This document shows, in pieces, positions 22,057 through 31,605 of a DNA stretch of 64,000 nucleotides (position 1 is its first letter; each line of letters opens with the position of its first letter). Source of the DNA: Terriglobia bacterium. Its GTDB lineage: Bacteria; Acidobacteriota; Terriglobia; JAJPHL01; JAPKYU01. The stretch lies in contig CBDCVK010000006.1 in the NCBI GenBank assembly GCA_965223005.1, positions 32,001-96,000 on the forward strand, written 5' to 3'. The position numbers were made by a program, and so were the translations under genes. The notes beneath the pieces were generated by a model that saw only the letters and a program-made list of their open reading frames with translations, did no database searches and was not told the origin of the DNA.

Positions 22057-22090
22057 GTCTAGGATTCCGAAAACTAAACGATCTGTTGGA

Positions 22091-23311
22091 CTACTCGTAC
22101 CGTAGTGCTTCGATCGGGTCTAGAAGGGCAGCCTTATGCGCAGGGTAAAAGCCAAAGAAGACCCCGACAAAGCCGGAGAAGGCAACTGCGATGACGATCG
22201 AGACAGGAGAAAGTAACGTTGGCCAGCCCAGAAGTCCAGAGATAGCATAGGAACCACCAACGCCGGTCGTCACCCCTAGGAGACCGCCCAGAGTGCATAG
22301 GACCATCGACTCGGCCAAGAACTGCACGCGTATTTGGTTGGGACGAGCGCCGATGGCCATTCGGATGCCGATCTCTCGGGTGCGTTCGGTCACGGCTACA
22401 AGCATGATGTTCATGATGCCGATGCCTCCTACAAGAAGAGAGACGGCGGCAATGCTGGCGAGCAAGGCAGTTAGAATGCGATTGGTAGCTGCAGCGGCAT
22501 CCGCAATGTCGCTCAGGTTCCGCACGGAGAAGTCATCGTCCTGTACAGCCCGCAGACGGTGGCGCTGGCGCAGCGTGGCTTTGATTTGCTGCTCCGCAGT
22601 GTAGGTGGCGCGCGCACTGACCGCGGAGACCATGGCTGACTGGATGTGCATAATCCCGCCCAGCAGTTTCTTTTGTGCCGTAGTGTAAGGAACAATGATG
22701 ACGTCATCCTGATCCCGTCCCCACCGATTTTGTCCCTTCACATCCAAGACTCCCAATACGTGGAAGGGCAGGTTGCGAATCCGGATCGTTTGGCCCACGG
22801 GGTCGCTTCCTGAGAACAGAATGTCGCCTAAAGTCTGACCTAGAACCGCCACCCTTGCGGACGTCTTCACGTGGCCTTCGTCGAAAAAGGTTCCGCGCAC
22901 TACTTGCCATTTGCGTATTTCGGGGAAATGCTGGTTAAAACCTTCTACTCGTGTATTCCAATTTTGGTTGCCGAAAACGACCTGGGCCAGGGTCCCCACA
23001 CTGGGGCTCGCAATATGCACGGAAGGGCATTCCTGCACGATAGCCGCAATATCCGCCGGAGTCAGGGTATTCACCGTGCCTGGGCCGCCCTGGAGTCCCC
23101 AAGCGCGCCGGCTGCCGGCTCTGAGGTAGAGCATGTTGGTGCCCATGGCAGCGATCTGTTCTTGGACTTGTTGCTGGGCCCCTTGCCCCAGGCTGACCAT
23201 GGAAATCAAGGCGGCGACGCCGATAATGATGCCGAGCATCGTCAGAATCGACCGGATCTTGTTACGCCTCAGAGCTCTGAGGGAAATTCGGAGAATCATT
23301 TGCAGATTCAT
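22091..23311 (-). CDS. ABC transporter permease, MacB/FtsX family
   Basis: RSILTMLGIIIGVA, VGGIGIMNIMLVAVTERTREIGIRMAIGA, DPIEALRYE. Confidence 0.95.
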   Translation of the reverse strand: MNLQMILRISLRALRRNKIRSILTMLGIIIGVAALISMVSLGQGAQQQVQEQIAAMGTNMLYLRAGSRRAWGLQGGPGTVNTLTPADIAAIVQECPSVHIASPSVGTLAQVVFGNQNWNTRVEGFNQHFPEIRKWQVVRGTFFDEGHVKTSARVAVLGQTLGDILFSGSDPVGQTIRIRNLPFHVLGVLDVKGQNRWGRDQDDVIIVPYTTAQKKLLGGIMHIQSAMVSAVSARATYTAEQQIKATLRQRHRLRAVQDDDFSVRNLSDIADAAAATNRILTALLASIAAVSLLVGGIGIMNIMLVAVTERTREIGIRMAIGARPNQIRVQFLAESMVLCTLGGLLGVTTGVGGSYAISGLLGWPTLLSPVSIVIAVAFSGFVGVFFGFYPAHKAALLDPIEALRYE

Positions 23312-23386
23312 GGCGTGCCTCGTTTATGAATTCGGACGCACCGCACAGTAACGCTCGCACGGTATTCCGCCCGGGCTCGGAATCGT

Positions 23387-24175
23387 TTAGAGAAGTTGGT
23401 TTGCATTCTCCTCATCCCGTTGAATGCGGCCGTCTCTCATGTGGATGATCCGAGCGGCGTAGGCGGCTATATCGGCCTCGTGGGTCACCAGGAGCAATGT
23501 GAGACCATGCTGAGCGTTGAGATCACGGAGGAAACGCATGATCTCCTGCGAAGTAACACTATCCAGGTTTCCCGTGGGCTCGTCCGCCAGCAGGAGTGCC
23601 GGGCGATTGACCAGTGCCCGAGCCACGGCCACCCGTTGCTGCTGGCCTCCAGAAAGCTGAGTGGGCAGGGCATTCGCTTTTTCCGCAATTCCGACAGTCT
23701 CGAGCACCTGCCGGACCCGGTGGCCGCGCTCCGCCTTTGGCAAGCCGGCATAGAGTAGGGGCGCCTCTACATTTTCCCAGACCGTCGTCCGCGGCAAGAG
23801 ATTGAAATTCTGGAAGACAAAGCCAATCTTTCGATTACGAATGTCGGAACGCTGGGCGGAGGAGAGATCGGACGCATCCTCGCCGTCCAGAAGATAAGTC
23901 CCGCTGGACGGTCGGTCCAGGCATCCTACGATATTGAGCATTGTGGATTTGCCCGAACCAGAAGCCCCCATCATGCCCAAAAACTGACCCCGTGGAATTT
24001 CCAAGGAAATATCTTGGAGGGCGCGTACAGTTTGCTCGCCCAAGCTGTAATTCTTATGGATATGTTGAAGAGAAATGAGACTTGATGACGCCGCTTCTTG
24101 GTCCTCTGCCTTCCCGTTCGCGCTTACGCTTGTTCCCATACGCGCTTCATGCAGGTTCGCTTGTGGATTCGGCAC
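23387..24175 (-). CDS. ABC transporter ATP-binding protein (MacB/LolD-like)
   Basis: [34 protein letters not shown]. Confidence 0.95.
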   Translation of the reverse strand: MPNPQANLHEARMGTSVSANGKAEDQEAASSSLISLQHIHKNYSLGEQTVRALQDISLEIPRGQFLGMMGASGSGKSTMLNIVGCLDRPSSGTYLLDGEDASDLSSAQRSDIRNRKIGFVFQNFNLLPRTTVWENVEAPLLYAGLPKAERGHRVRQVLETVGIAEKANALPTQLSGGQQQRVAVARALVNRPALLLADEPTGNLDSVTSQEIMRFLRDLNAQHGLTLLLVTHEADIAAYAARIIHMRDGRIQRDEENANQLL

Positions 24176-24177
24176 GG

Positions 24178-25920
24178 CTAGCGTCGCCTACGCTGCTGTC
24201 TTCTAGGCCGGCGGCTCCCGAATGGCCCACCAAAAGGCGAGCGCGCGCCAACCTCATCACCATCCAGGTACTCACCCGTGACGATCAGGGCGCCTTCAGA
24301 GAGTTCTCCCTCAAGGACCGCCGTCTCCCTTCCATTGGTGATGCCGAGTTTGACACGGTGGGGCGCGAGTTCTCCGTTCTCATCCAGCGCCCAAACGGTG
24401 CTCCAACGCGGCCTGGATACCTCCGTTGGGGGAAAGTGGATCTTCGCCGCCTGCTGGACGCGATAACGGTCTGGACTAGGATTGTCAGCCAGGGTAGGAC
24501 GCTCGGCATCCGCCCGGAGCGGTCCGGAGCCCGCTCGGGGCTTTCCCGGTGGCTGTTGCCCTTTCTGGTTCCGAGCTGAACCGGGAGCACCGTCATCCCT
24601 GCCGCGGCTCCAGCCCGTTCCTCTTCTGGGACCGCTACCCTTCGGCTTACCTCCTTGTGAGGAAGACGCCTCTTGAACGGTGCCTGCAGGTGCACCGGAC
24701 TTCGGCGAGTGTTCCAGCTTCTCGAGCTGTTCCGACATGCGCTCATCGTCTGGCTGATAGCGCAAGGCGGCATTCGCTATCTTCAGCACGTTCTGCTCCG
24801 CGGCGACAGTAAAAGTCACGTTGGCTGTCATCCCCGGCCTCAACTTTAGGTCGGGATTGGCCACATCGATGATGACGTTATAGGTCACCACGTTGGAGGT
24901 AGTCGCTCCCCCTGTGGTGGAATCAGGCGTTGAGCTGGCGGGAAGCTTGGAGCTCAATCGTATCTCAGAAATCTTGCCGTGAAAGGTATCTTGAGGGAAG
25001 GCATCCACAATGAATTCCACCTGTGCCTCTTCGGAAAGGGCACCAATGTCAGCTTCGTCCACCTGAGCAATTACCTGCATCTGCCTCAGATCATTGGCGA
25101 GCAGAAATAGCACGGGAGCTTGAAAGCTTGCGGCCACCGTTTGTCCAATGTCCACATTGCGTTCGATCACGACACCATCAATCGGCGATATGATCCTGGT
25201 GTGCTTAAGGTTCACTTCAGCGACGCGCAGCTCCGCTTCCGCTTGCTTAACGCTGGCCTCAGCCTGCTCTAATTGGGCATGTGCGGAACCGATGGCTGCT
25301 TCGATTTGGTTCACCTGGGCGGCTGCTTGATTCTCCCTGGCCGTGGCCTCTTCAAAGGCGGCTTGGGCTGCTTCGATCTCGCGCTCGGGGATGAGCGCGT
25401 CCTCATGGAGCTCCCGGGCACGTTTCAGGACTTGCGCGGCGTCCCTGCGGGTCACACTGGCAGCCTCCAGGTTGGCCTTGGAGCTAATCAGTTCCGCCCT
25501 GCGGTTGACCAGGGCCGCTTCCGCGTTCTTAACGTTGGCTCTTGCAATGCCCAAAGCGGCTCGAGCCCTGGCCGTTTGGGCTTCAAAGTTTGCCGGGTCG
25601 ATGACCGCCAGGAGCTGCCCCTTTTTCACTAGGCTGTTGAAGTCCGCATCAAGCTCCCTCACACGTCCCGAGACCTCGCTTCCCACCTGTACGGTTACTA
25701 CCGCCTGAAGGATCCCTGTGGAGCTGACAGAGTGTCGGATACTTCCACGGGTAGCTTCCACTGTGATATATGTATCGTTGCCCCCGTCATCCCCGTCCTT
25801 CAATCCCAGATATGCGACTCCCGTGACCACCAACCCCAAAGGGACTAGAAAGCGGAGACGTAGAAAGCGATGCCTCTGGAAAGTTTCGCTAAGACGTATC
25901 CGTTTTATAAACTGAATCAT
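24178..25920 (-). CDS. efflux periplasmic adaptor subunit (MacA-like)
   Basis: VQVGSEVSG, DFNSLVKKGQLLA, long coiled-coil hairpin, SPIDGVVI, GQTVAASFQAP, LRPGMTA. Confidence 0.93.
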   Translation of the reverse strand: MIQFIKRIRLSETFQRHRFLRLRFLVPLGLVVTGVAYLGLKDGDDGGNDTYITVEATRGSIRHSVSSTGILQAVVTVQVGSEVSGRVRELDADFNSLVKKGQLLAVIDPANFEAQTARARAALGIARANVKNAEAALVNRRAELISSKANLEAASVTRRDAAQVLKRARELHEDALIPEREIEAAQAAFEEATARENQAAAQVNQIEAAIGSAHAQLEQAEASVKQAEAELRVAEVNLKHTRIISPIDGVVIERNVDIGQTVAASFQAPVLFLLANDLRQMQVIAQVDEADIGALSEEAQVEFIVDAFPQDTFHGKISEIRLSSKLPASSTPDSTTGGATTSNVVTYNVIIDVANPDLKLRPGMTANVTFTVAAEQNVLKIANAALRYQPDDERMSEQLEKLEHSPKSGAPAGTVQEASSSQGGKPKGSGPRRGTGWSRGRDDGAPGSARNQKGQQPPGKPRAGSGPLRADAERPTLADNPSPDRYRVQQAAKIHFPPTEVSRPRWSTVWALDENGELAPHRVKLGITNGRETAVLEGELSEGALIVTGEYLDGDEVGARSPFGGPFGSRRPRRQQRRRR

Positions 25921-26479
25921 TTCAGCAGATTCTTCCTTCGCCTCAGCCCCCGGTTTCGCCGGTCCCCGCGTTGGCGTGCCATCTGGAGTGGCGCAGAAGC
26001 CGCTGGGCGCGCAACCCCACAGGCCGCACCTGCTAAAGCTCTAAACACGAAAATATCCGGGAAGTTGCTACCCCAACAGCTCGGCATCAGCTGCTACTCC
26101 ACTATCCGGTGAAGATCTGTCCCACCCTTAAACCGCTTGGCTGATCCACTCGAGGATTATACCAGCTTAGGGCGCCCCTCGGAGCCTTGCCTTACCGGCA
26201 CCGATTGCCTGGCTATGCCGATCGCTGGAATCTGCGGCCGTTTTTTCTCGGCTCCAAACCAAAGGGCAACTGCAATTGATTGCCAGTGCAGGGCTGCGTC
26301 GCCCTGCCCACGAAGCGACGGTTTATGATGGGTCTGCATGACTTCGCGGCGAACCTGCCCGCGCCACGGGTTGAACGCTTTCCGGGGCCTCTTTCCTCTC
26401 GCTTTTTGACTCGACGGAACTGACGGGACTGCGTTAGTGTTTCAGCCAACGACACTCTGCCACCGACGGGAGCAGGTTT

Positions 26480-27226
26480 GTGAAAGTCATCGCCATTGAC
26501 TGTAGCCCGCCATTCGATTCCAGCCGGACGATCCTGATCCTGGGCCCCTTCATTGCGGGAATCAGGGATCGGGGAGCGGACGTCGAAGTTTTCTTCTTGA
26601 GGGATCTTCGTTTAGCACTTTCCGAGGGGGACCTGAGCCCGTGGCTGAAAGGAAAGGGGAGGCGTGCGCGGAAGGACGATATGGATATCCTTCGGCCCAG
26701 GCTGGAAGAAGCTGACGTCTGGGTGTTCGCCACTCCGGTCTATTGCGACGGTATGTGCGCCCAGATGAAAAACCTCCTGGACCGGATGACTGCGCTGACC
26801 CCTCCGTTTCTAGAGGTGCGCGACGGTCGCTCGCCGAAGCACTCCCGGCCGACGAAGCCCGGCAAGTTTGTGTTGGTCGCGACCTCCACGGCCTGGGAAT
26901 TGGATACGTTTGCCCCGTTGCTGGCGCATGTCAGGGCTTATTGCGCGAACACCACACGAGAATTTGCGGGTGCGCTGCTCCGGCCTCATTCGGCGGCCTT
27001 GACTTGGTTGCTTGATCGAGGTCTGCCGGCGGCCGACGTTTTCGAGGCTGCTTACCAAGCGGGCTGTGGGACGGTGACCTCAGGGTTGATTGAGGACGCC
27101 AACAGTGAAGTCGTCAGCCGCCCGTTGGTACGGCTTGATCTCTACGTTGACCTTTTCAATCAGCGATTGCAGCAGCGATTGCAGCAAGAGATAGGCCATC
27201 CCTCTCGTAAAGCTCGGGCGCGTTGA
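26480..27226 (+). CDS. flavodoxin-family / NADPH-dependent FMN reductase (iron-sulfur flavoprotein-like)
   Basis: MKVIAIDCSP, KDDM, ADVWVFATPVY, MKNLLDR. Confidence 0.82.
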   Translation: MKVIAIDCSPPFDSSRTILILGPFIAGIRDRGADVEVFFLRDLRLALSEGDLSPWLKGKGRRARKDDMDILRPRLEEADVWVFATPVYCDGMCAQMKNLLDRMTALTPPFLEVRDGRSPKHSRPTKPGKFVLVATSTAWELDTFAPLLAHVRAYCANTTREFAGALLRPHSAALTWLLDRGLPAADVFEAAYQAGCGTVTSGLIEDANSEVVSRPLVRLDLYVDLFNQRLQQRLQQEIGHPSRKARAR

Positions 27227-27228
27227 AT

Positions 27229-27271
27229 AGCCGTGTGCAGGTGGACAGCCAGCCTTATCTGCACGACGGCT
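27229..27271. terminator. inverted repeat just after the flavodoxin gene, between convergent genes
   Basis: AGCCGT-GTGCAG ... CTGCAC-GACGGCT; no U-tract. Confidence 0.3.
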
Positions 27272-27479
27272 CAGCCCCCGTAGGGTCGGCGACATTGTTT
27301 GTGCCCGTTATTCGTCCCTGCGTAGGCACATTGGCTTGGAGTGGGAATGCGTATCACTGTGGTTTTTCACAATACGTGGAGGTGAGCAGAAGTGGTGCGC
27401 CGTTCTTAGCGGGCGCAAAGGGCCTCGCGTAGCCCCTCCTGAGCAGGATCGAAGCCCTCGAATACCAGCGACTACGAGT

Positions 27480-28343
27480 TCATCGGGAATCTTTTTCTAA
27501 TTTGGATGTAAGTAGTTGGAGAAAGTGCCTAACCTCGCCCGCATTCTGCAGGGAATACCGAGCTGCGGTTCCGCGGGGTCCGTTTCGGACCACGATCCCC
27601 ACTCCGCGGCCCGCTAGGGCCTTGAAAGCATCCTCATCGGTTACGTCATCACCGATATAGATGGGCAGAACGTCGGGCCGATCCAGTCCTAGCTTCTGCA
27701 GTAGCCACAGGACGGCCTTGCCTTTGTCCCAGTTGACTTTTGGCTGCAGGTCGTACACTTTCTTGCCGCATAGCTTGCGTAACTCCGGGTGACGTGACAG
27801 CAATTGGTCAATTATGTCCCCCACCACGCGTTCGTTTTCCTCTCTAACTCTTCGGAAATGGGCTGCAACGGAGAACTTCTTGCGTTCCACGAGGACGCCG
27901 GCAATCTTCCCCAGTCGCTCACGGAGCTCTTGCTCGACGCTGTCGAGCACAGGGAGCAAATCGGTAGCTTGTTCCTTCTGCAGAGGCGAGTTCCGAGGCC
28001 CCTTGATCTCGAAGCCATGGCTGCCTGCATAGAAGATCTCCTGCAGGCCCACTAGCCGTTTGATGTCGGGCAGGTCTCTTCCACTTATGATTGCCACCGT
28101 ACACCGCCTTGAGAGTTGGTCGACAGTACTGCGGACGGTTTCGGAGAGTACTGCCTGGTCAGGATGATCCACAATTGGTGTGAGCGTCCCATCGTAGTCA
28201 AGAAAAACAGCGATACGCTTGCCGGGCAAACCGCCAGCAATCTCCTCAATACGCCCCGTGGCGGAGGGAAGATCCTCGGTATTCGGGTCTGAGCTGGAAG
28301 GTATATCCGACACAGCAACTCCCGACAGATCGCTTACCCCCAC
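27480..28343 (-). CDS. otsB: trehalose-6-phosphate phosphatase (HAD IIB)
   Basis: FLDYDGTLTPIV, ISGR, YAGSHG, WDKGKA, IGDDVTDEDAF. Confidence 0.93.
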   Translation of the reverse strand: MGVSDLSGVAVSDIPSSSDPNTEDLPSATGRIEEIAGGLPGKRIAVFLDYDGTLTPIVDHPDQAVLSETVRSTVDQLSRRCTVAIISGRDLPDIKRLVGLQEIFYAGSHGFEIKGPRNSPLQKEQATDLLPVLDSVEQELRERLGKIAGVLVERKKFSVAAHFRRVREENERVVGDIIDQLLSRHPELRKLCGKKVYDLQPKVNWDKGKAVLWLLQKLGLDRPDVLPIYIGDDVTDEDAFKALAGRGVGIVVRNGPRGTAARYSLQNAGEVRHFLQLLTSKLEKDSR

Positions 28344-28500
28344 ATCCGCTCCATTCTCTCATAGACTCTTCGCGTAGCCGCAGCCTCCGGATCCATGGGG
28401 GAGGTCCGCAGGTACCTTTCAAAGATCTTTAAGATGCGCACAAAAGATTTTCTGTTGAGCCAGTGGGGAATCTAAAAACTTAGGTTAAAATTGTGGAAGA

Positions 28501-29523
28501 GTGGACCGTAGACGTTTCCTCATCATTAGCACGGTCGGGAGTGCCTGGTTCGTGGGGCTGTTGACGCTTTACAACAAGTTTGGCCCCAAGCCGGTCGACT
28601 CCCGCGTCCGGGTCGAAGATTACCTGCACCTGGGTGAGCGGGCAGCACTCGAGGCCATCACTTCGAACGCAGATTTCTACATCACTTCGAAGGGCTGGAC
28701 TCCGCAGATCAAAGTGGACGAGTGGCGGTTGGTCATCGACGGCTTGGTCGAAAACCCGGTAACGCTAACGTTGCCGCAGGTCAAGGCACTGCCGCAGCTG
28801 GAGCGCACGCTGACGCTGGAGTGCATCGAGAACCGCGTAGGAGGCCCCGCTATTGGCAATGCACGCTGGCGCGGCAGCGCGCTTCGGCCCCTGCTGGAGC
28901 GCGCACGCCCCCTCAAGGAAGCTCAATCGGCCCTGCTCCACGCAGCAGATGGCTATACCACCGGCATTCCCTTGGAACGCCTTCTTTGGGAGGACAATTT
29001 TCTGGCCTATGAGATGAATGGCGAACCGCTGCCGCTTGCGCACGGCTATCCGCTACGGGTCTTCTTTCCCGGCAAGTACGGGATGAAGCAGCCGAAATGG
29101 CTCACCCGAATTGAGTTCCTGGCCGAGCATCAACCGGGCTTTTGGGAGCAACGCGGCTGGTCCGACACCGCTGAGCGGCAGACTCGAGGTGTGATCGACG
29201 GCCCGAGACCACGCCGGGGAGTCACCCTTTCCGGCCGGAGTTTTCTCCTGGTTGGCTACGCCGTCGCTGACGCCTCCGGAATTACGCGGGTCGAGGTGAG
29301 CGATGACGATGGCCGGTCCTGGCAACCTGTCGAGATTTTCAGCAACCCCTCACCCTACGTCTGGACCTTCTGGCGCTATGAGTGGCGGCCTTCAGCCGCG
29401 GGCACCTACAACCTGCGAGTGCGGGCTGTGAACGGCCGCGGGGAGGTGCAAACGGCCACCAAACATGACTCTTGGCCGGAAGGCGCCACCGGCCACCACC
29501 GCATCCAGCTCGAGCTCGCCTGA
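28501..29523 (+). CDS. sulfite oxidase-family molybdopterin oxidoreductase, Tat-exported
   Basis: DRRRFL twin-arginine motif; LECIEN (Mo-ligating Cys), GNARWRG, HGYPLR, YGMKQPKWL; C-terminal Ig-like dimerisation domain. Confidence 0.9.
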   Translation: MDRRRFLIISTVGSAWFVGLLTLYNKFGPKPVDSRVRVEDYLHLGERAALEAITSNADFYITSKGWTPQIKVDEWRLVIDGLVENPVTLTLPQVKALPQLERTLTLECIENRVGGPAIGNARWRGSALRPLLERARPLKEAQSALLHAADGYTTGIPLERLLWEDNFLAYEMNGEPLPLAHGYPLRVFFPGKYGMKQPKWLTRIEFLAEHQPGFWEQRGWSDTAERQTRGVIDGPRPRRGVTLSGRSFLLVGYAVADASGITRVEVSDDDGRSWQPVEIFSNPSPYVWTFWRYEWRPSAAGTYNLRVRAVNGRGEVQTATKHDSWPEGATGHHRIQLELA

Positions 29524-29970
29524 CCTTAACACTTACATGCGCTGCTTCCAGAAGCGGCTCAGTCTTACTGGACGCGTTGGTGACCCACCATCAAAGAAAT
29601 TGTCCGGACATCCAAGGATCGCATTGGGCCGACTGGCAGGTTTTGATGGTCTTGTAAGTTCCACTTCTGTGAATGCTCAAAACTTCTGTGCCTCAGTGGT
29701 AGCCCACTCCCGAATCTCGGCGGACCAAAGTGGCTCTCAGCTGTTAAGTGACGCTGCCTCAGGGGAGGCACTTGTCCGGTTTGCCGACTATACGTCCAAG
29801 TGAAACCGGGATTGATAAACGCTAGCCCGTTAGGGTGGACCTATCCGGCATTCCCCATAGCTGTCGGCGAAATTGGGTGGACTCCCCGGAACAAGGAACG
29901 GACGACGTCGTTGCATACTAGACGCCCGCAAACACCACGGAAACCTACTGATGGGCCTGACCGCGGCGTG

Positions 29971-30000
29971 TTGTGAATTCGAAAAATACTGTGTTAAACT
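29971..30000 (+). promoter_or_regulatory. putative sigma70 promoter of the radical SAM operon
   Basis: TTGTGA-N18-TAAACT with an extended -10 TG, in an AT-rich stretch about 45 bp before ATG 30045. Confidence 0.45.
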
Positions 30001-30044
30001 TCGCTCCAAGCTCGTGGTGGGCTAGCTTGGCAAGGGATCGTCGC

Positions 30045-31562
30045 ATGCGATCAAAACGGATTTCCAAAAAGAAGGTTGTTTTTTTCTTTCCTGCGTTCTC
30101 AAGTCTCGAAGCCACAGCTCCATTGGGAATCCTGGCCGTGTCCACTCCCCTTTTGCGCGCCGGCTATCAAATCTGCATCATCGATTCCACCATCACTTCC
30201 GATTTCCAAAAGCGTGTCCTCGAGGAACTTGAGGATGCTCTGTGCCTGGCGGTTTCTCTGGTCACGGGTCCGATGATCCGCGAGACAGTGGAGATCGCCC
30301 AGGCAGCGAAGAAGCTGTACCCTCGTCTGCCTGTCATTCTCGGGGGATGGCATCCTTCGCTGCTTCCGGATCAGACCTTGGCCGCAGAATATGTGGACAT
30401 CGTTATCCGCGGCCAGGGCGAGGACGCGCTTCTGGAGGTCGTCCAGCGCTTGGAGGACGGATCATCGCTGGAAGGAATCGCAGGAGTAGGCTACAAGGAA
30501 GACGCAAAGCTCATTTTCAACCCGCCGCGGCTCCTCAAACCCATCGGCGGCTTACCTCCGAAGGCTTATCATTTGGCTGACTTTGACGCCTACGAACGAG
30601 TTTGTGGGCGCCGCTGGGCCATGTATATCTCGAGCCTCGCCTGCCCCTATAGTTGTGCGTATTGCACGAATGAGGGCGTCTACGGCAGGCAATGGAATGC
30701 GCTCGAAGCCGAGCGGGTGGTGGATGAAACCGCTGATCTTGTGTCGCGCTATGGTCTGGAACTGCTGTGGGTGGTAGACGACAACTTCCTGGTGGATCGG
30801 GAGCGTGCCCTAAAGATTGCAGAGGGCCTAGTGTGTCGGGGTGTGCGGTTTGACTGGAGCATCCAGGCATCGACCAACCTAGTGGCCCGGCTGACGGTGG
30901 AGGAATTGAGACTTCTGCGTCGTGCCGGACTTTCCCAGATTTGTCACGGGGCTGAATCAGGATCGCCCAAAGTGCTGAAACTCATGAACAAGGACTTCCA
31001 GAAGATCGAAACCATTTACACGGCGGCGGAAAGATGCGTTCAGGCCGGAATCCGACCTTCGTTCAACGTCATCTTTGCTTTCCCTGGAGAAGGCGACCGA
31101 GAGCGCCGCGAGACAATTCGGTTGATCATGGACGTCTGCCGCCGCTATCCGGGAGCGGAATTCTGGACGAACATCTTTACCCCCTATCCAGGAGCTCCCA
31201 TCATGCAGCGGGCGGGGGACTTCGGGATCGAAGCTCCCAAGTCCTTCGAAGGATGGGCGGAGTTCTTCCCGCGTTATACCGTTCTTCCCTGGCTGAACGG
31301 GCGTAAGCACCGCAGGCTGCAAGTCATCCGCGACTATCTTCGGCTTGCCTTCCACCGCGTGCCAATCGCAGAGGATCGCAGGCGTCCCATCACCCGCGCA
31401 GTGCATGAACTGATCAGCATCCCTGCCCGCTGGCGCCTGGAGCACGATGTGTACACGTGTCCGTTTGAGATTTGGCTCAAGAATTTGGTGAATCGGACTT
31501 TTGAATCACCCAAACCGAAGGTGGACGCCCAGCAGCTCTCTACTGATCCGGTGACATGTTGA
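30045..31562 (+). CDS. B12-binding domain radical SAM protein 1
   Basis: PLGIL, GGWHPS, GQGE, SLACPYSCAYC, DDNF, GAESGS, FTPYPG. Start at ATG 30045 with an AAGGGA SD. Confidence 0.92.
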   Translation: MRSKRISKKKVVFFFPAFSSLEATAPLGILAVSTPLLRAGYQICIIDSTITSDFQKRVLEELEDALCLAVSLVTGPMIRETVEIAQAAKKLYPRLPVILGGWHPSLLPDQTLAAEYVDIVIRGQGEDALLEVVQRLEDGSSLEGIAGVGYKEDAKLIFNPPRLLKPIGGLPPKAYHLADFDAYERVCGRRWAMYISSLACPYSCAYCTNEGVYGRQWNALEAERVVDETADLVSRYGLELLWVVDDNFLVDRERALKIAEGLVCRGVRFDWSIQASTNLVARLTVEELRLLRRAGLSQICHGAESGSPKVLKLMNKDFQKIETIYTAAERCVQAGIRPSFNVIFAFPGEGDRERRETIRLIMDVCRRYPGAEFWTNIFTPYPGAPIMQRAGDFGIEAPKSFEGWAEFFPRYTVLPWLNGRKHRRLQVIRDYLRLAFHRVPIAEDRRRPITRAVHELISIPARWRLEHDVYTCPFEIWLKNLVNRTFESPKPKVDAQQLSTDPVTC

Positions 31563-31605
31563 ACGGCAAGCCAGTGCGATTTCCTGCGCGTGACGGCTTA
31601 CACCG

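Noticed and set aside
26270-26290. Sigma54-like TGGCA...TTGCA on the minus strand upstream of the macA-like gene
   Set aside because: GG-to-GC spacing is 9 bp instead of the required 10.
29920-29970. GCAAAC...GGAAAC stretch resembling a c-di-GMP-I riboswitch
   Set aside because: The required P1/P2 pairing and downstream consensus could not be built by eye.
31557-31600. Cys-TGA ends of radical SAM 1 (and 3) as possible selenocysteine readthrough, given selA
   Set aside because: Readthrough would run out of frame over the next gene, the proteins are already full length relative to paralogues, and I saw no convincing SECIS.
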